A DNA stretch of 64,000 nucleotides, taken from the NCBI GenBank assembly GCA_964622505.1, contig CAZUQJ010000002.1, positions 71,905 through 135,904 on the forward strand, in the 5' to 3' direction. This DNA comes from an uncultured Candidatus Saccharibacteria bacterium (GTDB lineage: Bacteria > Patescibacteriota > Minisyncoccia > Phycocordibacterales > UBA9973). The translations under genes and the position numbers were made by a program. Of this stretch, positions 17,976 through 26,796 are shown piece after piece (position 1 is the stretch's first letter; every line of letters begins with the position of its first letter). The notes under the pieces were generated by a model. It made no database searches. It saw only the letters and a program-made list of their open reading frames with translations, and was not told where the DNA came from.

Positions 17976-19373
17976 TTAGAAACTGATTGTCCACCAACCT
18001 GCAAGCCAGGTTATGAATACAATAAAATCAATTAGAAAATGAATGTAAAGAGCTTTAGCTACTATTGTTCTGCTTTTCCACCAAATTTTAAATAAACTCC
18101 AGCATTCTTCAAGCCATACAATGAATCTGATAGTGTAAATAACTACAAAAATTATTACAGCAGCTAAGCCAAAAATAATCCACTCAATTAAATCAAGGAA
18201 AAGTTCCAAAAATGCTTTGAGCATGCTGAGGAATTCTTTCCAGTTTTTAATGACCACAACCAGTAATAATACCAACATGGCAATCACGATAAGCGCAGCA
18301 ATTATTATTGTTGCCCACATTACGTAACTGACATTCAAGTATTTTTCCAGCAGTATTTGACTGAAGAGAATTACTAAGAATATCGTAGCCACAATAAACA
18401 CTACCTTGAGTACCGACCACAAATCTTTTAAGCGGAACAACGGCAGACCCATTTTAAAATTTCTTAAAGATAATAACAAAAGAAATAAAAATGGGAGCTC
18501 GATTGCTAATCCAATCGGAGTTGTAATCGGAGTGATTTCTACTCTTTGGGTTGTGATACATACGTTTGCTTGCACATAGCGCATTGTATCCAACAGGCTT
18601 CGGTCTCTCAGGACTTTTGCTACGGCTTCTTTTGAGTGAAGCTGCAATTCACAAGAAGTAAGAAAAATATTTTCTATAGGAATTTTGAGGTCCTTAAGTT
18701 TTTTCTCAATCAGCGAACTTGTTCTTTGTAGCCTGGCTGAGGCCAGATTACTGTTCTCATCTTCATACACTTCTGGCTGTAGACTTTTTTCAAAGCCGTA
18801 CTTTAAAGCTTCAGGTGAAGCCGTCCCCAAAAGATCTAATAAGATTTTCGGCTGGGCAAGAGTCGGGAGTGTCGGATTTACTGCATTACGTACCGCGATT
18901 GCTTGTCCGTCGTAATCCAAAGAAAGATCCATTTTGATTTTATTCACGCTGTCGGAAATCACTTGCGCAATTTCTTCGGCCACAAAATCTTCAGTGGAAT
19001 CATTAGATACTGGTGGCACAAGGTTAAAGTGTGGCCCGATCGGGTACACTACTTTGCGCGTAAAATTTATAGTATCGCGGATAATTTTCCGCGATTCACT
19101 TTGAAATGGAGATAATAAACTCCAAAAATTAAAGTGTGGACCCTTCCCCTCATCTGAATAGAATCGGGTATAGGTAGTTACGTCATTCCCCCTGTAAGCT
19201 TGCAAAGCATTGAAGCTGAAGAGCGAGAGAGTCGAGATGGTTAGGAGGGTAATAAATACCCAGAGGATTACTTTTTTCATAATTTTCTTTTTTAAGAGTT
19301 TTTTTAAATGGTTGATTTCCGCAATTTCTGGCATAGAGAAACTCTGGAAATCAACCACATCTCTTAAAAACAA
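17976..19373 (-). CDS. Hypothetical polytopic membrane protein
   Basis: 465 aa with an N-terminal TM helix and several C-terminal TM helices; promoter at 19413-19441. Confidence 0.5.
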   Translation of the reverse strand: MFLRDVVDFQSFSMPEIAEINHLKKLLKKKIMKKVILWVFITLLTISTLSLFSFNALQAYRGNDVTTYTRFYSDEGKGPHFNFWSLLSPFQSESRKIIRDTINFTRKVVYPIGPHFNLVPPVSNDSTEDFVAEEIAQVISDSVNKIKMDLSLDYDGQAIAVRNAVNPTLPTLAQPKILLDLLGTASPEALKYGFEKSLQPEVYEDENSNLASARLQRTSSLIEKKLKDLKIPIENIFLTSCELQLHSKEAVAKVLRDRSLLDTMRYVQANVCITTQRVEITPITTPIGLAIELPFLFLLLLSLRNFKMGLPLFRLKDLWSVLKVVFIVATIFLVILFSQILLEKYLNVSYVMWATIIIAALIVIAMLVLLLVVVIKNWKEFLSMLKAFLELFLDLIEWIIFGLAAVIIFVVIYTIRFIVWLEECWSLFKIWWKSRTIVAKALYIHFLIDFIVFITWLAGWWTISF

Positions 19374-19412
19374 AAAATTCTAATCCGATGTCGAAGAACA
19401 GCTATCAGCGGT

Positions 19413-19441
19413 ATGATAGCATGTTTTACCCTATTTGTCAA
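19413..19441 (-). promoter_or_regulatory. Sigma70-type promoter TTGACA-N17-TATCAT sharing the cTTGACAAATAGGGT motif
   Basis: Minus-strand TTGACAAATAGGGT... matches the -35 region of the 14179 and 14892 promoters. Confidence 0.5.
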
Positions 19442-19480
19442 GTTAAATTATATATTTAACCCTTATTTTATAAGCTTATT

Positions 19481-20689
19481 TTACCAAACTTTCTTTATTA
19501 TCTCTATTGCTTTGTCGATATCTTGGGTGGTGTGTAGGGCCGAGAGTTGGAATCGGATCCTTGCCTCCCCTTCTGGGACTACTGGGAATGAGAGTGATGT
19601 TGCGTAAATGCCGTTTTCAAAAAGCTTTTTACTCAAGTCGCTCGCTTTTGTGGCGTCGCCGATCATCAATGGTACTATGGCATGACTGCCAGCCAATGTT
19701 GGCCAATTATTTTCTTCCAATTTGCTTCGGAAGTACAAGGCATTTTCTTTTACTTTTTTAGTGAGTGCGTTGTCGGCTTCGAGCATATCGAGTCCAGCAA
19801 TACCTGCGTTTACAATCGATGCTGGCACAGCGTTGGAGAATAGGTAGGTGCGGGACTTTTGGCGGAGTAGATCAACGAGAGATTTCTTGCCACCAATGTA
19901 TCCGCCGATGGCGCCACCGAGAGCTTTGCCAAGTGTTCCGGATATAATATCAATCTTTCCAAATACATTTTGTGCCTCAGGTGTGCCACGACCAGTCTCG
20001 CCCGCAACGCCGATGCCGTGTGCGTCGTCTACAAATAGTAGCGCCTCGTATTTCTCTGCGAGTTCGATTAATTTTGGTAGATTCGCCATTGTGCCCTCCA
20101 TGCTAAATATGCCGTCGGTCACAATTATTTTATTTCTATACCCCTTCTCTTTATCCTCTTCTAAAAATTGTTCAAGCATGTCCACATTTCCGCCTTTGTA
20201 AATTCTTTTATCCAAATTTTCTTTTTTACAGAGCTTGAATGCGTCGATGATAGATGCATGATTGTTGGCATCGCTGTAGATAACATCTTTCCAGGGCTCT
20301 GTACTCCCAAATGGTTCATTTACAAGGGTCGCAAATAATCCGAGGTTGGACATGAAGTTTGTAGAATATAATATTACATCCTCTGTTCCGATGAACTTCG
20401 CAATCCTTTGCTCCAAGTCTCGGTGGATTGTCTGTGTGCCAGAGAGGAATCGAACCGATGCCGTGCCGAAGCCAAATTTGTCCATGCCTTCTTTGGCTGC
20501 TTCGATAAGCTTTGGGTGATTGGCAAGACCAAGATAGTTGTTGGATGCGAACATGATCATCTCTTTGCCATCTACAACCACATGTGTTCCCTGCGCACCC
20601 TCAATGAGTCGCTCAGTTTTATACTTGCCATTATCCGCAATAGCTTTTAAATCCCCCTCTATTTGATCTGTAATTTTTTTTGTATACAT
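19481..20689 (-). CDS. kbl: Glycine C-acetyltransferase / 2-amino-3-ketobutyrate CoA ligase
   Basis: Collinear with E. coli Kbl: NNYLGLANHP, SVRFLSGTQ, PLP-lysine motif GTLGKALGGAIGGY, FSNA. Confidence 0.9.
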   Translation of the reverse strand: MYTKKITDQIEGDLKAIADNGKYKTERLIEGAQGTHVVVDGKEMIMFASNNYLGLANHPKLIEAAKEGMDKFGFGTASVRFLSGTQTIHRDLEQRIAKFIGTEDVILYSTNFMSNLGLFATLVNEPFGSTEPWKDVIYSDANNHASIIDAFKLCKKENLDKRIYKGGNVDMLEQFLEEDKEKGYRNKIIVTDGIFSMEGTMANLPKLIELAEKYEALLFVDDAHGIGVAGETGRGTPEAQNVFGKIDIISGTLGKALGGAIGGYIGGKKSLVDLLRQKSRTYLFSNAVPASIVNAGIAGLDMLEADNALTKKVKENALYFRSKLEENNWPTLAGSHAIVPLMIGDATKASDLSKKLFENGIYATSLSFPVVPEGEARIRFQLSALHTTQDIDKAIEIIKKVW

Positions 20690-20820
20690 ATATATAAGTA
20701 GTTAAAAAATTTTACTTCGCATATCTTTTTCGAGGGTACTCAAATTTTTTGCTAAAAATTTGCTCAGTTCTCCGACCGTCGTCGTCCGAAGCCCCTCAAA
20801 AAGATACGCGTGCGACAATT

Positions 20821-21765
20821 TTATAAACCTAATTTAACTTTTAAATTTATAAGCATTACTTCGGTCATCTTTGGCAGATCGAATTCATGTTTCCAGCCCC
20901 AGTCTGTTCGGGCAACACTGTCATCGATACTTGCAGGCCAGCTATCAGCGATCTTTTGGCGGTGATCGGGAGCGTATGATACTTCAAGTTCGGGAATTGA
21001 TTTCTTGATTTCGAGTGCAATTTCTTTCGGTGAAAAACTTATTGCAGATAAATTGTATGACATTCTGTTTTTAACATTCTCGGTTGGAGCTTGCATGAGC
21101 TCGATTGTTGCACGGATGGCATCATCCATGTACATCATTGGCAGATAAGTATTCTCGGAAAGGAAACATGTATACTTTTTATTCTTTATCGCTTCGTAGA
21201 AAATTTCTACTGCGTAGTCTGTTGTACCTCCACCTGGCTCACTCTTCCAACTTATCAGTCCTGGGTAGCGAACAGAACGCACATCAAGGCCGAATTTAGC
21301 ATTGTAATATTGGCACAGCATTTCGCCTGCGTATTTGGTAACGCCATACATTGTACTTGGCTCGATCACTGTAGCTTGCGGAGTATTATCGCGCGGAGTT
21401 GTCGGGCCAAAGACTGCGATAGAGCTTGGCCAGAAGATTTTCAACTTTTTCTCTACACCAAGATCAAGGATTTGTCGTAGGCTCCCCATATTGAGATCCC
21501 AGCATAGCTTTGGATTTTTCTCACCCGTTGCAGAAAGTAATGCTGCTAGTAAATATATATCTGTAATACCCTCCTTTTCTACAACCGCTCGGGTTGCCAC
21601 AGCATCGGTCGCATCGAGTTGCACGTACGGACCGTCAGCCAGCATTGGGTGATTTTCCCTCAAATCACTTGCAAAAACATTCTCGTTCCCATGAATTTTC
21701 CTTAAAGCCAAAGTTAGCTCTACCCCGATCTGTCCACAAGCACCCATGATTAAAATTTTACTCAT
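20821..21765 (-). CDS. tdh: SDR/epimerase-type NAD-dependent L-threonine 3-dehydrogenase
   Basis: GACGQIG Rossmann motif, YGVTK catalytic Tyr/Lys, size and layout of UDP-galactose-epimerase-like TDH; adjacent to kbl. Confidence 0.75.
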   Translation of the reverse strand: MSKILIMGACGQIGVELTLALRKIHGNENVFASDLRENHPMLADGPYVQLDATDAVATRAVVEKEGITDIYLLAALLSATGEKNPKLCWDLNMGSLRQILDLGVEKKLKIFWPSSIAVFGPTTPRDNTPQATVIEPSTMYGVTKYAGEMLCQYYNAKFGLDVRSVRYPGLISWKSEPGGGTTDYAVEIFYEAIKNKKYTCFLSENTYLPMMYMDDAIRATIELMQAPTENVKNRMSYNLSAISFSPKEIALEIKKSIPELEVSYAPDHRQKIADSWPASIDDSVARTDWGWKHEFDLPKMTEVMLINLKVKLGL

Positions 21766-22645
21766 TTTTATATAAATTAATTAATAACTCTTTATCATCA
21801 TTACTAAATTTCACACCCCTTCTCTCCATCATCCTAATTGCAATTTTTTCTGTTATGTCTATAGGAATTTCTGTCATATTATCTTTCGCATAATAATTCA
21901 CAAAATTTGGCACGTCTGTAGTCACAGTACCATATATATGTGCACCTACCCCAATTATTTTTCCTGTATATACAGATATATTGATTGCGGTCTTCACATA
22001 ATCTGCAACGATTGGACCCATGTGCAATTCGCCTGTTTCAACACCAGCAAGTTTTACTGTGCCGTAAGTATTTTTTACATTTGAAAATGATGTCCCTCCA
22101 CCGATGTTTACCCAAGATCCTACATAAGCATCGCCGAGGAATCCGTGATGAGATTTGTTGCTGTAACTTTCAAATACGGTATTCTTGATTTCACCACCCA
22201 CACCGGAAACTTTGCCAATATATGAATTGCCAAGATTCGCGTGTGAATGCACTCGCGCACCCGCATCTATACGTACTGGCCCAACAAGATATGTAAATGG
22301 TTCTACTTTGACATCTTTTTCAATCACAATGATTCCAGCTTCAGTATTAAAAGCTACAGTGCTATCTACTGTGGCTGTTGTATGTACGTATACATTTGGC
22401 GCAACGAGCTTGTAGCCTGAATTATTTTCCAGAATTTTTGCTTTGTATTTATTGAGGTTGTTTGCGAAATTTTTCTTGTGCAAAGTGACAAGATGAAACA
22501 ATTCATTTGGCATTTCAAATAATTCCCCTTTTGCAAATCCAAGCGCACTTTCTTCGTCTATAGAAAATCCGCCACAATGTATATCGGTAATTTTGCGAGT
22601 CAGAGTGATGGGATATAAATTCTCTCCACTTGTTTGTGTATCCAT
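21758..22645 (-). CDS. Left-handed beta-helix (hexapeptide-repeat) protein, possible acyl/nucleotidyl transferase
   Basis: Repeating [LIV]G-x4 hexapeptides (NIGGGTSF, YIGKVSGVGGEI); overlaps the tdh start by 8 nt, so probably one operon. Confidence 0.45.
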   Translation of the reverse strand: MDTQTSGENLYPITLTRKITDIHCGGFSIDEESALGFAKGELFEMPNELFHLVTLHKKNFANNLNKYKAKILENNSGYKLVAPNVYVHTTATVDSTVAFNTEAGIIVIEKDVKVEPFTYLVGPVRIDAGARVHSHANLGNSYIGKVSGVGGEIKNTVFESYSNKSHHGFLGDAYVGSWVNIGGGTSFSNVKNTYGTVKLAGVETGELHMGPIVADYVKTAINISVYTGKIIGVGAHIYGTVTTDVPNFVNYYAKDNMTEIPIDITEKIAIRMMERRGVKFSNDDKELLINLYKNE

Positions 22646-22708
22646 ACTGCCAATATATCACAATTTTACTTGCCTGTCTTTGCTTTATAAATATGCTATA
22701 TTCTTTAT

Positions 22709-23248
22709 ATGGTAACCATTATTTTTGATTTTGACGATACTCTTTTTGACACCAAACGCTTCAATGGCGATGTGGTAGAGCGTTTTGCATTGCACGGCGT
22801 GGACAAAGAACTCGCAAGGCTCGCCTACAATAATACAAAAATTAATATGGGGAATTATACCCTCAACGGGCACATCACCACCCTCCGCGATGCCCATGGC
22901 AAAGAAATTCCAAAAGAGTTTTATGATTGGTTTGAAGGTTTGGATTTAACTGAGTATGTACTGCCCCAGATGGATATCTTACTCACAGAGCTTGCACAAA
23001 ATCATAAATTGATACTGCTTACAAAAGGGGAAGATGATTTTCAGAATATTAAAATTACTCGTTCAGACCTCGCAAAACATTTTCATGAGATACACATAAC
23101 CCCCAATAGTAAAGAATTATTTTTTGCTGATAAAAGTTTTGATGATAAAGTTGTTTTTATAAATGACAAAGAGGATGAGAATCAAAAAATAAAAGAGTTC
23201 TATCCAGATTTTAAAGTGAGTCAAAAATATGAAAAGGGAGACATGTAG
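22709..23248 (+). CDS. HAD-superfamily hydrolase
   Basis: N-terminal DxDxT motif (IIFDFDDTLFDT) and a C-terminal motif-III-like stretch. Confidence 0.7.
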   Translation: MVTIIFDFDDTLFDTKRFNGDVVERFALHGVDKELARLAYNNTKINMGNYTLNGHITTLRDAHGKEIPKEFYDWFEGLDLTEYVLPQMDILLTELAQNHKLILLTKGEDDFQNIKITRSDLAKHFHEIHITPNSKELFFADKSFDDKVVFINDKEDENQKIKEFYPDFKVSQKYEKGDM

Positions 23249-23264
23249 TCTCCCTTATCGTTGT

Positions 23265-24224
23265 TTAGTTTAATTCTTCGTAAAACACCAGGTCTTGCCT
23301 TGTGGGGCATGTTGCGTCTGGTGTGGTGATTTTTTTACCCGAAACGTGGGTTGCAAAATGGATTGCTTTGCGGATATCATCGATAGTCGCTGTTGCAATG
23401 GATTTGTTCAGGTCTCCTAACTTGGCGATAAATGCTCCTTCGAAGCAGTCTCCGGCTGCGTTTTCAAAAATAGGTGCACCTTCTTCAAGATACTGCGTGC
23501 ACGCCTCAAAGCGTTCGACGGGGTGTCCCTTTAGCGAAAACATTCCTCCGTGTTTGGATTCTGTGACAATAATTAAGGTTGGTCCTCTCTTGTAAAGCAG
23601 TTTGTGTAATTCTGCTGGGGAAGTTTCCTTAAAAGCTTTGTACTCATCAGAATTGACGATCAAAAAGTCAGTACACTTCAATAATTCTTTAAAGGGAGTA
23701 CTATTTTGGATAATTTCGGGTCGAGGATTTAAAACTCGGTTCCCGAAATGTCTGTTGAAAAAAGCTTTGATAAGCGGTATGTGCTGGTATCGAACCCCGG
23801 TACCTATGCGCCAAGTGCCGCCTTCCATCCGGTGTATTTCCTCTATCGTTTTATCAACTTTTTTCTGAATAACTTCGTTTTTTAGACATCTCGATTTTGT
23901 GCTGATGTATAAATCATCAGTAGGGATAATCGTAAAGTCACTTGAGGTCAGAATAGGAAATTCCACATAAGGAATCTTGGATTTTTTCAGCAGAAAATTT
24001 AGCAAGTGTTTTTCTGGATTCTTCTCGCGCCCCGTGAGGGCGAACAATTTGCTTTCGTGACCAAGCGTATGAATTGCTCTAGCCACATTAGCAGAAGTTC
24101 CGGCGAGGCCGAATTTAACTTCCTCCAAAGTACCTTTTTCACTGGTAGCTGGACCAAATTTTTGTTGCATTTCTGTGTTTACAGAGAAACCAACGTCAGC
24201 GGTAATAATGTTTCTAGGTTGCAT
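23265..24224 (-). CDS. PfkB/ribokinase-family carbohydrate kinase
   Basis: N-terminal GGTSANVA and C-terminal anion-hole motif NAAGDCFEGAF (DTxGAGD-like). Confidence 0.7.
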   Translation of the reverse strand: MQPRNIITADVGFSVNTEMQQKFGPATSEKGTLEEVKFGLAGTSANVARAIHTLGHESKLFALTGREKNPEKHLLNFLLKKSKIPYVEFPILTSSDFTIIPTDDLYISTKSRCLKNEVIQKKVDKTIEEIHRMEGGTWRIGTGVRYQHIPLIKAFFNRHFGNRVLNPRPEIIQNSTPFKELLKCTDFLIVNSDEYKAFKETSPAELHKLLYKRGPTLIIVTESKHGGMFSLKGHPVERFEACTQYLEEGAPIFENAAGDCFEGAFIAKLGDLNKSIATATIDDIRKAIHFATHVSGKKITTPDATCPTRQDLVFYEELN

Positions 24225-24291
24225 ATCGTTTCGTTTTTTTTAAGGTTAAACCATTTTTCTTCATTATATCCTTATTTTTGCCGAAATCAAG

Positions 24292-24329
24292 CACTAAAAA
24301 TCCCCCACGTTGTGGGGGATTTTTAGTGC
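24292..24329. terminator. Long perfect hairpin agcactaaaaatccccca-cgttg-tgggggatttttagtgct
   Basis: 18-bp perfect stem directly downstream of the NYN-domain gene stop. Confidence 0.6.
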
Positions 24330-24332
24330 TTT

Positions 24333-24833
24333 TTATCTCATCAAATACTTTTTTGGATTTTTTGAAAGGTCAAAGAAGTCGTCGGCAACGTCCTTGAGTT
24401 TCATAGAGGTTGATTTATCAAAGGAAACGACTTCTACTTGTATAAGACGTGCCTGGAGGTACTCGACGAGCGGAATGAAGTCTCCATCCCCGGTTACGAG
24501 TACGACTGCGTCGAGACGAGAGGACATTTTGATTACATCAACAGTAATTCCTACATCCCAATCCCCTTTTTTCGCACCACCACCAAAAATCTGCAATTCT
24601 TTTGTTTTTGTTTCGATGCCGAGCTTGATAAGTGCATCAAAAAAGTTTTTCTCATCTCCACCTTCGCTTGATATCACATAGGCTGTGGCACGGACAAGCT
24701 TCCTGTCTGCTAAAGAGTCTTTTAGTACTTGGCCGAAGTTTACTTTTCTTTTATATAAATTTTTTGCGCTGTGATATAGATTTGATGTATCTATAAATAC
24801 TCCCACGCGTTGATCTTTGTGTTTGATTACCAT
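24333..24833 (-). CDS. NYN/LabA-like (PIN-fold) domain protein
   Basis: VFIDTSNLY...DVGITVDVI...VLVTGDGDFIPL match the NYN/DUF88 acidic motifs. Confidence 0.7.
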   Translation of the reverse strand: MVIKHKDQRVGVFIDTSNLYHSAKNLYKRKVNFGQVLKDSLADRKLVRATAYVISSEGGDEKNFFDALIKLGIETKTKELQIFGGGAKKGDWDVGITVDVIKMSSRLDAVVLVTGDGDFIPLVEYLQARLIQVEVVSFDKSTSMKLKDVADDFFDLSKNPKKYLMR

Positions 24834-24845
24834 ATATTTTTATTA

Positions 24846-24886
24846 TACCAAAATCAAAACATCTCGACTAATCGAGATGTTTTGAT
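24846..24886. terminator. Long perfect hairpin aaaatcaaaacatctcga-ctaa-tcgagatgttttgatttt
   Basis: 18-bp stem immediately after the rpsO stop. Confidence 0.6.
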
Positions 24887-24887
24887 T

Positions 24888-25154
24888 TTATGCTGTTGCT
24901 TTTAGTTTCTTTGAGACTAATGTGTGGCGAGCTTTGTCGGACTTCTCTAGATGTTTGAGGTGAGTACGGCGGTCAGCTACCATCTTGATCAAACCACGGC
25001 GTGAGTGGTTGTCTTTCTTGTGTTTCTTCAAGTGTAATGCCAATTCGTCGATACGAACACTGATCATAGCGATCTGCACTTCTGGAGATCCTGTATCTTT
25101 GTCGTGAATCTGATTTTTCTTTATTATTGTCGCCTTTTTCTTTGCTTTTAACAT
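24888..25154 (-). CDS. rpsO: 30S ribosomal protein S15
   Basis: MLKAKKKATIIKKNQIHDKDTGSPEVQIAMISVRIDELALHLKKHKKDNHSRRGLIKMVADRR... is collinear with S15; ORF opens at 25274 but start taken at ATG 25154. Confidence 0.9.
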   Translation of the reverse strand: MLKAKKKATIIKKNQIHDKDTGSPEVQIAMISVRIDELALHLKKHKKDNHSRRGLIKMVADRRTHLKHLEKSDKARHTLVSKKLKATA

Positions 25155-25204
25155 ATTGCATATATTAGCACAGAATGGATTTTTTTGCAAGACCTTGTTG
25201 AGTT

Positions 25205-25250
25205 TTGTAAGGTCGGTCCTTAAGGGAGCCCAAGGACCGACCTTGGGTAA
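25205..25250. repeat. Palindromic element copy A: ggtcggtcctt-aagggagccc-aaggaccgacc
   Basis: 11-bp perfect inverted arms around core aagggagccc, between the rpsO and trpR-like genes; related copies at 28558-28593 and 33815-33848. Confidence 0.65.
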
Positions 25251-25321
25251 AAATGAGCAATAAAAGTTATCCACATACTTTACTTGACTAAAGTACTTTA
25301 GTTTGATAAAGTGGGTAGGTA

Positions 25322-25678
25322 ATGGAATTTAATTGGAAAACACAACCAAATAAAGAATTAGTGGATGCATTCCTCTCTCTTTCCTCGCGTGAGGAGGCCG
25401 AGCGCTTTCTCCGCGACTTGATGACCGAAGGCGAGATCACTGAATTCGCCAAGCGCTTGCAAACAGCTGAACTCCTTTCTGCTAAAGTCCCCTACTCTAC
25501 TATCGAACGTGAAACTGGTTTCTCGTCGACGACCGTGGCACGAGTATCGAAGTGGTTATCCAAAGGTACCGGAGGCTATAAAGAAATAATTACAAAACTT
25601 GGTTCGACCAAGCTCACCACAAGTCATCATCACAATCCATCCAAAATTGGGAAAGGATTGTCTTTGACGCGTACATAA
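25322..25678 (+). CDS. TrpR-like YerC/YecD family DNA-binding protein
   Basis: REEAERFLRDLMTEGEITEFAKRLQTAELL...STIERETGFSSTTVARVSKWL...GGYKEII is collinear with the YerC/TrpR helix-turn-helix core. Confidence 0.7.
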   Translation: MEFNWKTQPNKELVDAFLSLSSREEAERFLRDLMTEGEITEFAKRLQTAELLSAKVPYSTIERETGFSSTTVARVSKWLSKGTGGYKEIITKLGSTKLTTSHHHNPSKIGKGLSLTRT

Positions 25679-25770
25679 TTGTATCTACCTCGAAACCAAC
25701 CCCTTCTCAATTTTGAGGAGGGGTTTTGTTTTGTCCCTAACAAAATAACAGTTCTTTAAAATTGTATTTG

Positions 25771-25811
25771 GTTGGTTACATAAGTTTTTCCTGAGAATTT
25801 ATGTAACCAAC
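25771..25811. promoter_or_regulatory. 13-bp perfect inverted repeat gttggttacataa-N15-ttatgtaaccaac upstream of methyltransferase gene
   Basis: Exact reverse-complement arms 25771-25783 and 25799-25811, 16 nt before the ATG at 25827. Confidence 0.5.
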
Positions 25812-25826
25812 TAAATATTAAATAAA

Positions 25827-26717
25827 ATGGAAAATTCAAAAGAGTACTTAAAAGGTATCGTTGCCCTGCTACAACAAAATGTACGCGTTGAAGTTAGTGA
25901 CGCAACTAATTACACAGATGAAGCAAAATACAGCCAGCTTCAAAAAGTTGAAAACGAAAGAAAGGATATAACCAAAATCCTGAAAACACACATTATTCAA
26001 GATCCGGAATCCAGGTACAATCTTGAATATTCAACAGCAAAAGAACTATCCATCCTAACTGGACAAGAAAGCTCTTTTGAAGGAACACACTACTGGTTTT
26101 ATTCCCCGATTCTTGAACCAAATATTTTGTATGTAATCCTAGAAATGAGTGAAACAAAAATTGCACCTTGTAGAATTCTTACAGAAAAAGAAAACAGGAT
26201 TTTAAAATCAAGAATCATAGATATTGGTTGCGGGAACGGACTACTTCTTGAAAAACTTTCCTTGCTAGGAGTACAGAGACATCGACTTGTTGGTATAGAC
26301 ATCTCTGAACAAGCAGTTAAGAGGGTGTGTAAAATGTTTCCAAGTATTTGTGGCAGGATTGAAAATCAAAAAGATTGGTTTGAAAATTTTGATTTTGTTT
26401 TTCTAAGCTATTTTGTAGACCGTGATGAAAACCAAAAAGAGACTTTCAAAAAAAGTGTCCAAACATTAAATTGGAAAGGTTTTTTGGTGCTTGAAGGACT
26501 TTTCCCGTGTGTATTATCCGACTCTAATGGAGTTTCTTATGGAGAAGCAAATGTGACAAAAGGTTTAGACCCCGTGGAAGACATTTTGTGCGTAGTGGAA
26601 GAATGTAAACGATTGAAGGTAGTTTTGAAAAAGATTATCGTCGGTCAACGACTTGTCTACAGCTTAGACGGTTCGGAAGTTCTCCCTACCTATATTCTTG
26701 TTTTTCAAAAAGAGTAA
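25827..26717 (+). CDS. Class I SAM-dependent methyltransferase
   Basis: Motif I IIDIGCGNGLLLEKL and downstream acidic motif II. Confidence 0.6.
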   Translation: MENSKEYLKGIVALLQQNVRVEVSDATNYTDEAKYSQLQKVENERKDITKILKTHIIQDPESRYNLEYSTAKELSILTGQESSFEGTHYWFYSPILEPNILYVILEMSETKIAPCRILTEKENRILKSRIIDIGCGNGLLLEKLSLLGVQRHRLVGIDISEQAVKRVCKMFPSICGRIENQKDWFENFDFVFLSYFVDRDENQKETFKKSVQTLNWKGFLVLEGLFPCVLSDSNGVSYGEANVTKGLDPVEDILCVVEECKRLKVVLKKIIVGQRLVYSLDGSEVLPTYILVFQKE

Positions 26718-26796
26718 GAAGTTCAAAATTAATTATTACCTGCGGCGGCACATGTCGTTGCAGGTTTTATTTTTATTAGTTAATAATTTTAAAAGT

